From positions 768,001-832,000 of the forward strand of contig OZ244207.1 of NCBI GenBank assembly GCA_965216875.1: DNA of 64,000 nt, read 5' to 3'. Position numbers and translations under genes: made by a program. This stretch comes from Rubripirellula sp. (lineage in GTDB: Bacteria; Planctomycetota; Planctomycetia; Pirellulales; Pirellulaceae). Positions 1 to 8,460 of the stretch are shown one piece after another. The first letter of the stretch is position 1, and the number at the start of each line of letters is the position of its first letter. The notes under the pieces are model-generated. The model saw nothing but the letters and a program-made list of their open reading frames with translations. It ran no database searches and had not been told where the DNA came from.

Positions 1-150
1 CCCTTTCTCTAGGAATGCCACTGCAGCGACTTGTTCGTAGACTCGATTGAGAAAGAAGCCGATCACGATGCAGCAGATCGTCGTCACCACGAACATTGTT
101 CGCAGGCTGACTCGAAACCATCGTCGCCCTGTTTTCTTCTGATCACCCAT
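1..150 (-). CDS. N-terminus of a membrane-anchored protein paralogous to the adjacent LRR protein (runs off the window edge)
   Basis: Not in the ORF track. Manual translation from ATG at 150 gives MGDQKKTGRRWFRVSLRTMFVVTTICCIVIGFFLNRVYEQVAAVAFLEKG, clearly similar to the N-terminus of 381..2099 (GRRWLRTSLRTMFIVVTASCLVMGLYLKDVFEQRAAVAFLEES). Confidence 0.85.
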   Translation of the reverse strand, partial: MGDQKKTGRRWFRVSLRTMFVVTTICCIVIGFFLNRVYEQVAAVAFLEKG

Positions 151-225
151 TTCTGCAATCTAGCACAGATCGATCGATTCGCGCCAAAGTCGCCGCTTGC
201 TTCGGCGAAAGTTCACCGTTTGGGC

Positions 226-246
226 GTCATGCGGAGCATGACCTGC
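226..246 (-). repeat. REP-like palindrome family A (GCAG variant)
   Basis: GTCATGC-GGA-GCATGAC hairpin followed by CTGC; other copies at 364-384 and 21331-21351. Confidence 0.75.
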
Positions 247-313
247 GGGGCGGCTGATGGTTGATCGCCGCTGACAACGGAGCGCCAAGGTGCTCGCCGG
301 TGTTTCGCACACA

Positions 314-340
314 GGCCCGACGCTAGCGCGTTCGGCTCAC
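314..340 (-). repeat. REP-like palindrome family B
   Basis: Reverse complement is GTGAGCCGAACGCGCTAGCGTCGGGCC; identical or near-identical copies at 13462, 21012, 21183 and 34033. Confidence 0.8.
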
Positions 341-363
341 AATACGAGCGGCAAGGTTTGGTT

Positions 364-384
364 GTCATGCGGAGCATGACCTAC
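364..384 (-). repeat. GTAG-type REP palindrome family A
   Basis: Minus strand reads GTAGGTCATGCTCCGCATGAC; its TAG is the stop codon of the LRR gene. Confidence 0.8.
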
Positions 385-2099
385 GGGGCGGGAGCATCAA
401 ATGGGAAGGGACCAACGGGGCCAACGCTCGACAACACCCTTTTGTACGGGGGAGCGTTGCGCAAGGCTTCGATTTTCTGGGGCGTGACCTCGGTTCCATG
501 CAAACTCACGACGGTAAGACGCGGCATCTGTAAGAGGATGTCGATGTCGGTCACGTCCGTCCCTTGAAGGTTGAGTTTGGTGAGCATTGTGCATGCGCGC
601 ATGGGAGTTATGTCGTCGACCGACGTACCAGCAAGACTCAGCGATTCCAGGTTCACAAGGTTCGCGAGTGGAGTGAGATCGGTGACCTTTGTGCCATCAA
701 GGATGAGACTCTTGAGTTGTTTGCAGGACGCGAGAGGGGAAAGGTCGGAAATGGCCGTTTCACGCAAATCAAGTTGCTCGAGAGCTTGCAGCTGCGAAGC
801 GAACAGTACGTTTTCGAGTGGGTTGTTTGCGATGGTCAGTTCCTTAACGTTCGCACATGCCGCTAGCCACGACGCATTGGTCATTCCATTTTCTGAAAGT
901 GAAATGAAGGAAAGACGTTTCGGCAGAGCAAGGCCCGTCGCGTCAATCGCGGCGATGGGAGTGCCAACAACCGATAGACGGGCAAGTGATCTGGCTTCCG
1001 AGATCTGCCTCACGTCGAAACGTTTCGCATTCGTCACTTCCAGGTCGCGAAGGTTCGTGAGGCTTGACGCAAACGACCAATCAGTCACTGGCAATCGTTC
1101 AATCGTCAGCTCGAGAAGTTTGGGTTTATCGGCAAGAACGCTCAGGTCGCTGGCCGACATTCGATTGAGTCTCAATTCGGCTAGCTCTGTCAAGTTTGCG
1201 AGTGGGCTGACGTCGGACACTTCGTGGCCACTGAGACTTAGCCGCTCCATTTGCTGCAAGTTCCTAACGAACTCGAGACCCTCGATCGGGCAGGCATCCG
1301 CGTAGAGTTGACGCAGATTGTTGAGCTTACTGAGAGGTGCGAGATCACCAATCGCACAGTCGCTGACGTCGAGACTTCGCAATTTGCTTAAGCCATTCAA
1401 CGGGCTGACGTCGGTGATGCCAGTGCCCTTGAGCCAGAGTCGTTCCAGCTGACGCATCTCGGAAAGTGGCGCCACGTCGGTGATGGGGCATTCCTGACAA
1501 TTCAACTCGACCATGACTGTTGATTCACGCAACGCTTCGAGCGACGTGATCGGTCCGCTCAGTTCAATTTTGGTCAAATGCCTCTTGGAGCGTAGACCTT
1601 CGATGTCTTTCAGGTTTGGTCCGCCAATACCAACCGATTTGAGATGGTGCATTCCTCGCAGTGCGTCCAAATCGGAAACTTCTGAAATGCTGATGTTTAG
1701 CGTTTCAAGGTTTCTCAAGCCTTTAATGGGCTCGAGGTCGTCGGCGTTGAGATAGGTGCAGGCAAGTAACTTGAGACTGCCCAGTCTCCCGATGGCGGCA
1801 AGGTGAGCCTGATCGATTGTAGTGTTGGACACACTTTCGACGTTGAAGAAACAGTCGGGACCGAACCGCTGTGCCGCGCGTTGACGCCACGTCTCAGGTT
1901 GCTGCCCCAACGGAACTCGGGCCGCTTCTTCGTAGCTCAGCGATAGCGACGACTCCTCAAGAAATGCCACCGCCGCTCGCTGTTCAAAGACATCCTTGAG
2001 ATAGAGTCCCATCACAAGACACGATGCCGTGACAACGATAAACATCGTTCGCAGGCTCGTGCGGAGCCATCGTCGACCTGGTTGGTTGCTCGTGCCCAT
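381..2099 (-). CDS. Leucine-rich repeat (internalin-like) protein with an N-terminal membrane anchor
   Basis: Many LxxLxLxxxxIxDLxPL repeats; planctomycete-type RRW..SLRT leader followed by a hydrophobic helix. Confidence 0.9.
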   Translation of the reverse strand: MGTSNQPGRRWLRTSLRTMFIVVTASCLVMGLYLKDVFEQRAAVAFLEESSLSLSYEEAARVPLGQQPETWRQRAAQRFGPDCFFNVESVSNTTIDQAHLAAIGRLGSLKLLACTYLNADDLEPIKGLRNLETLNISISEVSDLDALRGMHHLKSVGIGGPNLKDIEGLRSKRHLTKIELSGPITSLEALRESTVMVELNCQECPITDVAPLSEMRQLERLWLKGTGITDVSPLNGLSKLRSLDVSDCAIGDLAPLSKLNNLRQLYADACPIEGLEFVRNLQQMERLSLSGHEVSDVSPLANLTELAELRLNRMSASDLSVLADKPKLLELTIERLPVTDWSFASSLTNLRDLEVTNAKRFDVRQISEARSLARLSVVGTPIAAIDATGLALPKRLSFISLSENGMTNASWLAACANVKELTIANNPLENVLFASQLQALEQLDLRETAISDLSPLASCKQLKSLILDGTKVTDLTPLANLVNLESLSLAGTSVDDITPMRACTMLTKLNLQGTDVTDIDILLQMPRLTVVSLHGTEVTPQKIEALRNAPPYKRVLSSVGPVGPFPFDAPAP

Positions 2100-2142
2100 G
2101 GCTGCATTGAACGCCTTTGATGGCTCGGCGGATCTTTGGTGC

Positions 2143-3768
2143 TCACACTCTTCGGATTCGGAACAGGGCGATCGACGTACACGTCATGGCGGTGATGAAG
2201 CAAACGCTCGCGACGAGGTAGAGAAACGATTGGATATAGAGAATCCATTGCGCACTTTCGCGTTCGAATTCGATCAGCGCTAAAACCGCAAGCACGATGG
2301 CCACGGGAAGGTAGATCCCCAGCGCAATAAAGCTGGTTTTCGGCAGCTTCGATGCGGCTACTTTGATTTGCTTTAGTCCCGAGGCCGCAATCAATGCGAC
2401 GAGCAGAACGGTCAGAATGTAGACGATTTCAATCAGGATCGAGAGGGCGATGCGTCCCGTTTGAGGGCCGAAGAATCCACCTCGCATGAGATAGAACTCG
2501 GCACCGACTTTTTCATTCAACGTCGGATAAATACGAAGTGGCACGTCAAGCAATAGGGCAACGCATGCAATTGTCAAACAGGCGATCGCGAGTCCGCGCA
2601 CAGGACGCACGACAACGCTGAATCCACAGCCGATGATGAGGCCCAGTACGCCGATGCTCATCGTCAGTCGCCCGTACCGGTACATTCGGGGTACCCAAAC
2701 CGCGACGAATTTTCGGACCTCTCTCTGATCGTCCATCAAGTTGAATTGTTTTTCGACGAGTCGAGAATGTTCTTCTGAACCCCAACGCACACCTTCACTC
2801 TGTGACGACAGCATCTTGGCACGCATTTGAAGCTGGATTAGCGACAGACTGAACATTGCGTTGCCAACGCCGACGACAACAAGCCCCGTCGTCATCACAC
2901 ACATACTGACGAAGGCGATCATCAGTCCCGCCCGTACGCCGCCACGTGGGCGTTTGCGAGCAGGCGAATGTGGAGAAGCGAATGACGGTGGCGCGGGATC
3001 CGAGGGAAGTCCAAGAGGTTCGGCGGGGACGTTGGGATCCGCAACCGGCGCGATCGGAGTGGCGACAACCGGCTCGTTTGGCACTGCAGGAGTTGTCGGC
3101 GCAGCGGCCTGACCCACTGGCATCGCAACCGGTACGGCAACCGGTGTTGCGGGCGCCACAGGATTTGCGGGTGCGACTGGAGAGCCCGTCCCAGGAGTGC
3201 CCGGCGCCGGGCGCTGGGCTGTTGGGCTTTGGGCAGTCGTTTGGCGTTGGGCAGTCGTTGGGCTCGCATTCTCTTCAGGCAAAAGGCTGACGGTTACTGA
3301 GCCGGTCGACTTGCCGCCTGGACCGACGCCAGTTGTTGGGGTGGCCGTCTGCTTTTGCGGACCATCAATCGCTTTGGCGACGGGAACGACATAGGGTGCG
3401 GATGGACGCTCCGGCACCTTCATCTTTGTGTTGCACTTCGGGCAAGAGACCACGGAACCAGCGGCCGCCGAAGACTTCATCTTTTGGCCGCACGGACATT
3501 TGAAGAAGAGTGCGTCAGGTTGTTTCGAGACGTCCGAGGAGGGCTTTGGTGCGCGAGGCGTTGCCGCCTTTTGGGAGGGCGGGGTTGGCTTGGCAGTCGG
3601 TTTGTTTGGTTTGGCAGGCGGTTTTCCGGCCGCTGGCGAGTTGGGATTGGACGGATCCGATGGGACCCGCAGCTTCTGTTGGCATTTCGGGCAGGTAACG
3701 GTGCGGCCGGCAGCGGATGCGTCGACACGCATGTTGGTCCCGCACGGGCACTTAATCACTACCTTCAT
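2143..3768 (-). CDS. Membrane protein with two zinc ribbons and Pro-rich linkers
   Basis: Two CPCG...CPKC motifs, a long Pro/Ala/Thr-rich region and several C-terminal hydrophobic helices. Confidence 0.8.
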   Translation of the reverse strand: MKVVIKCPCGTNMRVDASAAGRTVTCPKCQQKLRVPSDPSNPNSPAAGKPPAKPNKPTAKPTPPSQKAATPRAPKPSSDVSKQPDALFFKCPCGQKMKSSAAAGSVVSCPKCNTKMKVPERPSAPYVVPVAKAIDGPQKQTATPTTGVGPGGKSTGSVTVSLLPEENASPTTAQRQTTAQSPTAQRPAPGTPGTGSPVAPANPVAPATPVAVPVAMPVGQAAAPTTPAVPNEPVVATPIAPVADPNVPAEPLGLPSDPAPPSFASPHSPARKRPRGGVRAGLMIAFVSMCVMTTGLVVVGVGNAMFSLSLIQLQMRAKMLSSQSEGVRWGSEEHSRLVEKQFNLMDDQREVRKFVAVWVPRMYRYGRLTMSIGVLGLIIGCGFSVVVRPVRGLAIACLTIACVALLLDVPLRIYPTLNEKVGAEFYLMRGGFFGPQTGRIALSILIEIVYILTVLLVALIAASGLKQIKVAASKLPKTSFIALGIYLPVAIVLAVLALIEFERESAQWILYIQSFLYLVASVCFITAMTCTSIALFRIRRV

Positions 3769-4053
3769 TGACCGCCTGCCTTTGAATCAAATCCCTGTAC
3801 GCATTGGAATGCGTCAAATCGCCGAACGCAAACCAACAAGAATTCTAATCAACTCTCCCTCATCTGTTACTGGCGTGTACCACGCCTGTAACCAGCTCTT
3901 TTGGCGGATGCAGGATGATTGCGCGGCTTATTTCAATTGACGCGCGCCAGCCAGGCGTTGGTTTGGGGCCTGCGCCGACCTGTCACGTAGGCAAGGTTTG
4001 GGCGTTCGTCCATAATTCAAAGACCACTTCAACAATGGATTTGCCACCACCCA

Positions 4054-4848
4054 ATGACACGACTGACATCGATCTTCTTGTGCCTCCTTGCGGTCACACT
4101 GCCGACTGCTTGGTTTGTCGGTAACCCCGCGTCTTCTTTTGCCGTCGACACCCTTACTCCGGCCGACAACAGCAAGAAGGGCCAATCGCAGGCCGACGCA
4201 AAAAGCACAGGCGAAAAAAACACAGGCTCCAAGAACACGGACCAAGGGCAACCGATCAGTGCCGAGCAAGCACTTGAGATCCTCAAGGCTGGTAACGAGC
4301 GGTTTATCAAAGGGACGCCCAAGCATCCCCACGAGGGCAAACGGTGGCGCGAAAAGCTCGCCGCTGGGCAGCATCCGATCGCAACGGTCCTCGGTTGCAG
4401 CGATTCGCGCGTGACCCCTGAGTTGATTTTCGACGAAGGCCTCGGTGACCTGTTTGTGATCCGCGTTGCGGGCAACATTGTCGACGAAGATGTCACGGCG
4501 AGTATCGAGTATGCGGTCGAGCATCTCGACACGCACTTGATCGTTGTCCTGGGACACGAAAATTGCGGCGCCGTCACGGCTGCCTTAAAACATGTCGATG
4601 ATGACGAGCCACGCGAACTTGAATCGTTGGTTCAGCGTCTTCATGATACGATCTGCACGCACCATGATGGCGAACCCGATGTCGACGAGAATACGGATAT
4701 CGCAACGGCAGTTTGCAAGAATGTGCTGTGTGCCGAACGCCAACTCAAGAGTTGTGATGACCTTTGCGAGTGCATGAAACGGCATAAAGTGAAGGTTGTC
4801 GGTGCAATCTACGATCTCGACACCGGCCGTGTTCGTTGGTTGGAATAG
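4054..4848 (+). CDS. Beta-class carbonic anhydrase, exported
   Basis: Zinc-ligand motifs GCSDSRV and GHENCGAV, plus RVAGN; hydrophobic signal peptide. Confidence 0.92.
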   Translation: MTRLTSIFLCLLAVTLPTAWFVGNPASSFAVDTLTPADNSKKGQSQADAKSTGEKNTGSKNTDQGQPISAEQALEILKAGNERFIKGTPKHPHEGKRWREKLAAGQHPIATVLGCSDSRVTPELIFDEGLGDLFVIRVAGNIVDEDVTASIEYAVEHLDTHLIVVLGHENCGAVTAALKHVDDDEPRELESLVQRLHDTICTHHDGEPDVDENTDIATAVCKNVLCAERQLKSCDDLCECMKRHKVKVVGAIYDLDTGRVRWLE

Positions 4849-4910
4849 CCCGCCATCGCCGCGGCGTCGAATCGTTTTGATTGCGATTCACGAAGGATGA
4901 CTGCAGCGAC

Positions 4911-5705
4911 GTGTCTCACGAACAACCTATCGACGCCAATCGCAAGCTCTGGGATGTGCGCACGGCACTACATCTCGATTCCGACTTCTACGACGTCGAC
5001 GGTTTCCTGGCAGGCAAGTCTTCCCTGTGCGGGATTGAATCGGACGAGCTTGGGGACATTGCCAGCAAGTCTGTCTTGCATTTGCAGTGCCACTTTGGGC
5101 TCGACTCGCTCTCCCTCGCGAGGCTTGGAGCGCATGTTACTGGTGTCGACTTTTCGCAAGTGGCGATTGATGCTGCAAATGAATTGGCCGACCGAGCCGA
5201 ACTGAATGCCCGGTTTCTTTGTTGCGACGTTCTGAAACTCAGTGAGCACCTTAACGAGCAGTTCGATATTGTCTTTACCTCGTTTGGTGTGCTGGGTTGG
5301 CTTCCCAGCATGCGCCAGTGGGCATCGGTCGTGGCCCGTTTTCTCAAGCCCAGCGGGTTGTTGTACCTGCTTGAATTCGACCGACACTTCATTCAGCTCA
5401 ATGAAGGTGGCTTCATCGCCTATGACTACTTTCATCGCAATCAACCTGACAAAGAAGTCGTAACCGACACCTACGCGGATCAGAAAACACACGAGCCGAT
5501 GGATGAGTTTTGGTGGAACCACAGCATGGCTGACATCCTCAACGGCCTCATTGAAGCGGGTCTGCGCATCGAATCGCTTGCCGAGTTTCCGTACTCACCG
5601 TACCGCTTGCACGACGGTATGGTCGAAGCGGGACCGGGCCGCTGGGTGCATCGAGAGATTGGTGAGAAGATTCCCTACATGTTTTCGATACGAGCCACAA
5701 AATGA
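4911..5705 (+). CDS. Class I SAM-dependent methyltransferase
   Basis: VLHLQCHFG motif I variant, VTGVDFS, FDIVFTS; the GTG start at 4911 is inferred. Confidence 0.88.
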   Translation: MSHEQPIDANRKLWDVRTALHLDSDFYDVDGFLAGKSSLCGIESDELGDIASKSVLHLQCHFGLDSLSLARLGAHVTGVDFSQVAIDAANELADRAELNARFLCCDVLKLSEHLNEQFDIVFTSFGVLGWLPSMRQWASVVARFLKPSGLLYLLEFDRHFIQLNEGGFIAYDYFHRNQPDKEVVTDTYADQKTHEPMDEFWWNHSMADILNGLIEAGLRIESLAEFPYSPYRLHDGMVEAGPGRWVHREIGEKIPYMFSIRATK

Positions 5706-6238
5706 ACGCGACGACCATTCATGGCGACTTCAAGCGACTCGACGAAGTTGAATCGAAAACGGCGTTTCACGTTTGCCAGTTAAACGTTGAACGCGAAGAT
5801 GCCCGCACCTACTTTGGCACCGCGCCGCAGACGGTCTTCGTCGACGGACTCGGCGAGGCGGACCATTGGGCAGTCGAGCTAAAATGTGGGTTGGTGATCG
5901 CATTCCAATTTGTCCACCAACTTGAGGTTGGATCGGTGTTTACCGATGTTCCCTGTGTCCAGCACGTGCGACGCCACCTCAAACATTGGGATGACGAACT
6001 GGTTGAGGTCGCCGGCGAGCAGTCTTCTCGAGAGCATCAAGTATGGATCGAAAGACTATCGCCTTCGAATCCAATGCTGCTTGAGCTGACGTCGCATCAA
6101 GTTTGGCGTCAGGGCGACGACGGGAATCAGGTGAAGATCGGCTCACCAACGACCCTGCGCGATGCCGAGTGTTGGGTCGCAGAGTTTGAATCGCATCACC
6201 ACAAGCAGATCTATTGGGTTTCGCGCTGCAAAGGCTGA
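5702..6238 (+). CDS. Hypothetical protein with a small SPOR-like C-terminal module
   Basis: ATGA overlap with the upstream gene; the C-terminal VWRQGDDGN...HKQIYWV resembles a small conserved bacterial module. Confidence 0.65.
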   Translation: MNATTIHGDFKRLDEVESKTAFHVCQLNVEREDARTYFGTAPQTVFVDGLGEADHWAVELKCGLVIAFQFVHQLEVGSVFTDVPCVQHVRRHLKHWDDELVEVAGEQSSREHQVWIERLSPSNPMLLELTSHQVWRQGDDGNQVKIGSPTTLRDAECWVAEFESHHHKQIYWVSRCKG

Positions 6239-6356
6239 CACCTGGCAGAGAGACTGTGGTCTTTTTGCCGCCAGTTCGTAGTACCGAGCTTTAGCCGGAA
6301 TCGTCTCACAGACCGTCCAAAGGCTGGACGACAACCGGCGCGACTTGGCAGAGACG

Positions 6357-6387
6357 AAAAGACAGACGCCGTGCGAGGCGGCGTCTG
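6357..6387 (-). terminator. Probable intrinsic terminator
   Basis: CAGACGCCG/CGGCGTCTG stem with an adjacent A-run, just downstream of the 6399..6845 stop. Confidence 0.5.
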
Positions 6388-6398
6388 CGCGGTGCCGA

Positions 6399-6845
6399 TT
6401 AAGATTTCGGCTCGTTTCGAGTTGCGTTGACGACGAGGGCGATCATCGTCAATTGCAACATGCCGATGATGATTGGCGAAACCTGTCGGATGTGGTCGAA
6501 GGTGCCTCGAATCCACTTCGGTTCTGCAGCTTCCTGCTCTTCGATCCAGTCGTTCAACGATTTCGTTGGCATGTTCCATGTCGAAACATGTTCCCAACCG
6601 TCCGCTGTCTTTCGCCATCCTTGGGGTGCGACGGCAACCAACCGAGCCATCGCTTCGTCGTCGAGCACTTCGACTGCGGGGGCGACTTCATCGGCAGTGG
6701 CCGAATCATTTGTTGCGACCCGAAAATTCGGCTGAGCTGCGGCAACCAACAGCAGGGTTGCGATGATACCGGTTACGGTCAAATTGGAACGCAACCATCG
6801 TCGTAGCCACTTGGCGTCTTCGGCAGTGAGTTGGAATCTTTTCAT
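6399..6845 (-). CDS. Hypothetical membrane protein
   Basis: ATG start, N- and C-terminal hydrophobic segments, GWRKTADGWE motif, hairpin downstream. Confidence 0.7.
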   Translation of the reverse strand: MKRFQLTAEDAKWLRRWLRSNLTVTGIIATLLLVAAAQPNFRVATNDSATADEVAPAVEVLDDEAMARLVAVAPQGWRKTADGWEHVSTWNMPTKSLNDWIEEQEAAEPKWIRGTFDHIRQVSPIIIGMLQLTMIALVVNATRNEPKS

Positions 6846-7230
6846 AACCCAACATCAATGCAACGGCTGGTCCAACGCCCGATTCGGGCGTCTCTGTTGT
6901 GTCGCAAGCCAAGGCGTGTCAACGACTTGCGATGCATGCCGCCAAATTGGCCCCATCGGCGATGTTGCGATTTGGCAACGTACGATTCTGGCGGAATCAA
7001 CACGTGTTGTTTTTGGGCAACATTGCTTCGAGACGCGACGCCGTGGGGGCCGAATCGACAGCAGACGTTTAACCGTTACAGGCGTTCGCCGATGGGCCGA
7101 TCGTGACCGCGGTCTGAATTGGGAAATGTCTTTGCCGCAGGGGACGATGCGTCCTAGGTTTCAATCGGGTCGCAACATAGCTTGTGAATCAGGAGATGCC
7201 CGGGCGGCCCAGACGAGACTCTCAACCTCT

Positions 7231-8148
7231 ATGGACCACAACTCGATCGAGACTATGACGACCACATCTACAAAATCCCTGGAAGACGTCTTTCACGCAG
7301 AAGTTCTTCCCGCCCTGCCGCACAGCGCGATTTCGTTGCTGCAGTTGTCACAGAATTCCGAGTCGGGGCCAAACGACTTTGCCAAGCCAATCGAAGCCGA
7401 TCCGGGCTTGATGGGGCAAGTCTTGAAGTTCGTCAACTCGTCGTACTTCGGATTCAGCCGTGAGATCATGAGCATCCACCAAGCCCTGACATTGGTGGGA
7501 ACGCGGGCGATCACGAACTTTGCATTGTGGAACGCCGTCTTCAGCGTGATCCCCAATCCGAAGTTTGGTCCCTTCGATCTCAAGGCGCTCTGGCAAGACT
7601 CGCTGCGTCGCGCGTTGTTCGCCCGCGTGCTCGGTCGCAAGCTTGACTTGAGCACTGCCGAGGACTTGTTTGCGGGTGCTCTGTTGCAAGACATGGCGAT
7701 TCCGCTGTTGCTCAAAGAATTGCCCGAAGAGTACACCGATCTCGTCGAACGTCGTGCAGCGGAAGGTCGACGCCTGAGCGGATTGGAAAAGGAATTGTTC
7801 GGTTGGGATCACGCCGATGCGGCCGCCATGTTGGCTCAACGTTGGAACCTGCCCGAAGAGTTCGTCACGCTGATCGCACAACACACACAACTCGAAGACT
7901 TGCTCGCCGGTGGCGAGAAGGACCGCGGCGCGGCCTGTGTCGCCTTGGCCTCCCTGCTGCCTAGCTGCAGTGATTCTGATTGGGGTGAAAAGGAAGAGTT
8001 CACCGAGGGCTTCAAGAAACTCTCTGGCCTTGGAGATGCGGACCTTGCCGAGCTGTTTGGCACCGTCGATGATGCCACCAACGAGTTCGCTCCAATGTTG
8101 AAGCTGCCCATTCCGCAGAAGTCTCTGCGAGACAATTTGGAAGGCTAG
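7231..8148 (+). CDS. Stand-alone HDOD domain signal transduction protein
   Basis: LPALP, IEADPGL..QVLKFVNS, FAGALLQD, GWDHA, WNLP motifs; start is ATG 7231 or 7255, not 6763. Confidence 0.88.
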   Translation: MDHNSIETMTTTSTKSLEDVFHAEVLPALPHSAISLLQLSQNSESGPNDFAKPIEADPGLMGQVLKFVNSSYFGFSREIMSIHQALTLVGTRAITNFALWNAVFSVIPNPKFGPFDLKALWQDSLRRALFARVLGRKLDLSTAEDLFAGALLQDMAIPLLLKELPEEYTDLVERRAAEGRRLSGLEKELFGWDHADAAAMLAQRWNLPEEFVTLIAQHTQLEDLLAGGEKDRGAACVALASLLPSCSDSDWGEKEEFTEGFKKLSGLGDADLAELFGTVDDATNEFAPMLKLPIPQKSLRDNLEG

Positions 8149-8221
8149 TCGCAAATCGCTTTGACATGCCATTGCATTGGTCCTGCTTTGGCACAGTCAT
8201 CAAACAAGCAACGACAGATTG

Positions 8222-8264
8222 GCGGTGCCGGCGTCCCCTTGTGGGTGCCCGCACCGCTTTTTTT
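8222..8264 (+). terminator. Intrinsic terminator
   Basis: GCGGTGC...GCACCGC stem followed by a T-run, downstream of the HDOD gene. Confidence 0.65.
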
Positions 8265-8460
8265 GTGCGAATATCGCTCACGGCACGGTCGATTTTCGCA
8301 AATCTCTGTCGTTGCTTGTCGACTCTCGAGTGCTTGGCACGTTTAATCGGGCAGCGGCTCTGCGCTACGTCGAAGATCCGTTCTTATCCAAGTCACTCCT
8401 CATTCGATGCCGCGGCGGGTTGTTTGCCAACGTGCCAGAGGCGAGCGCGAGAGTCGATCC

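Noticed and set aside
6763..7230. N-terminal extension of the HDOD ORF
   Set aside because: It overlaps the divergent gene and looks non-coding; domain similarity begins only after ATG 7231/7255.
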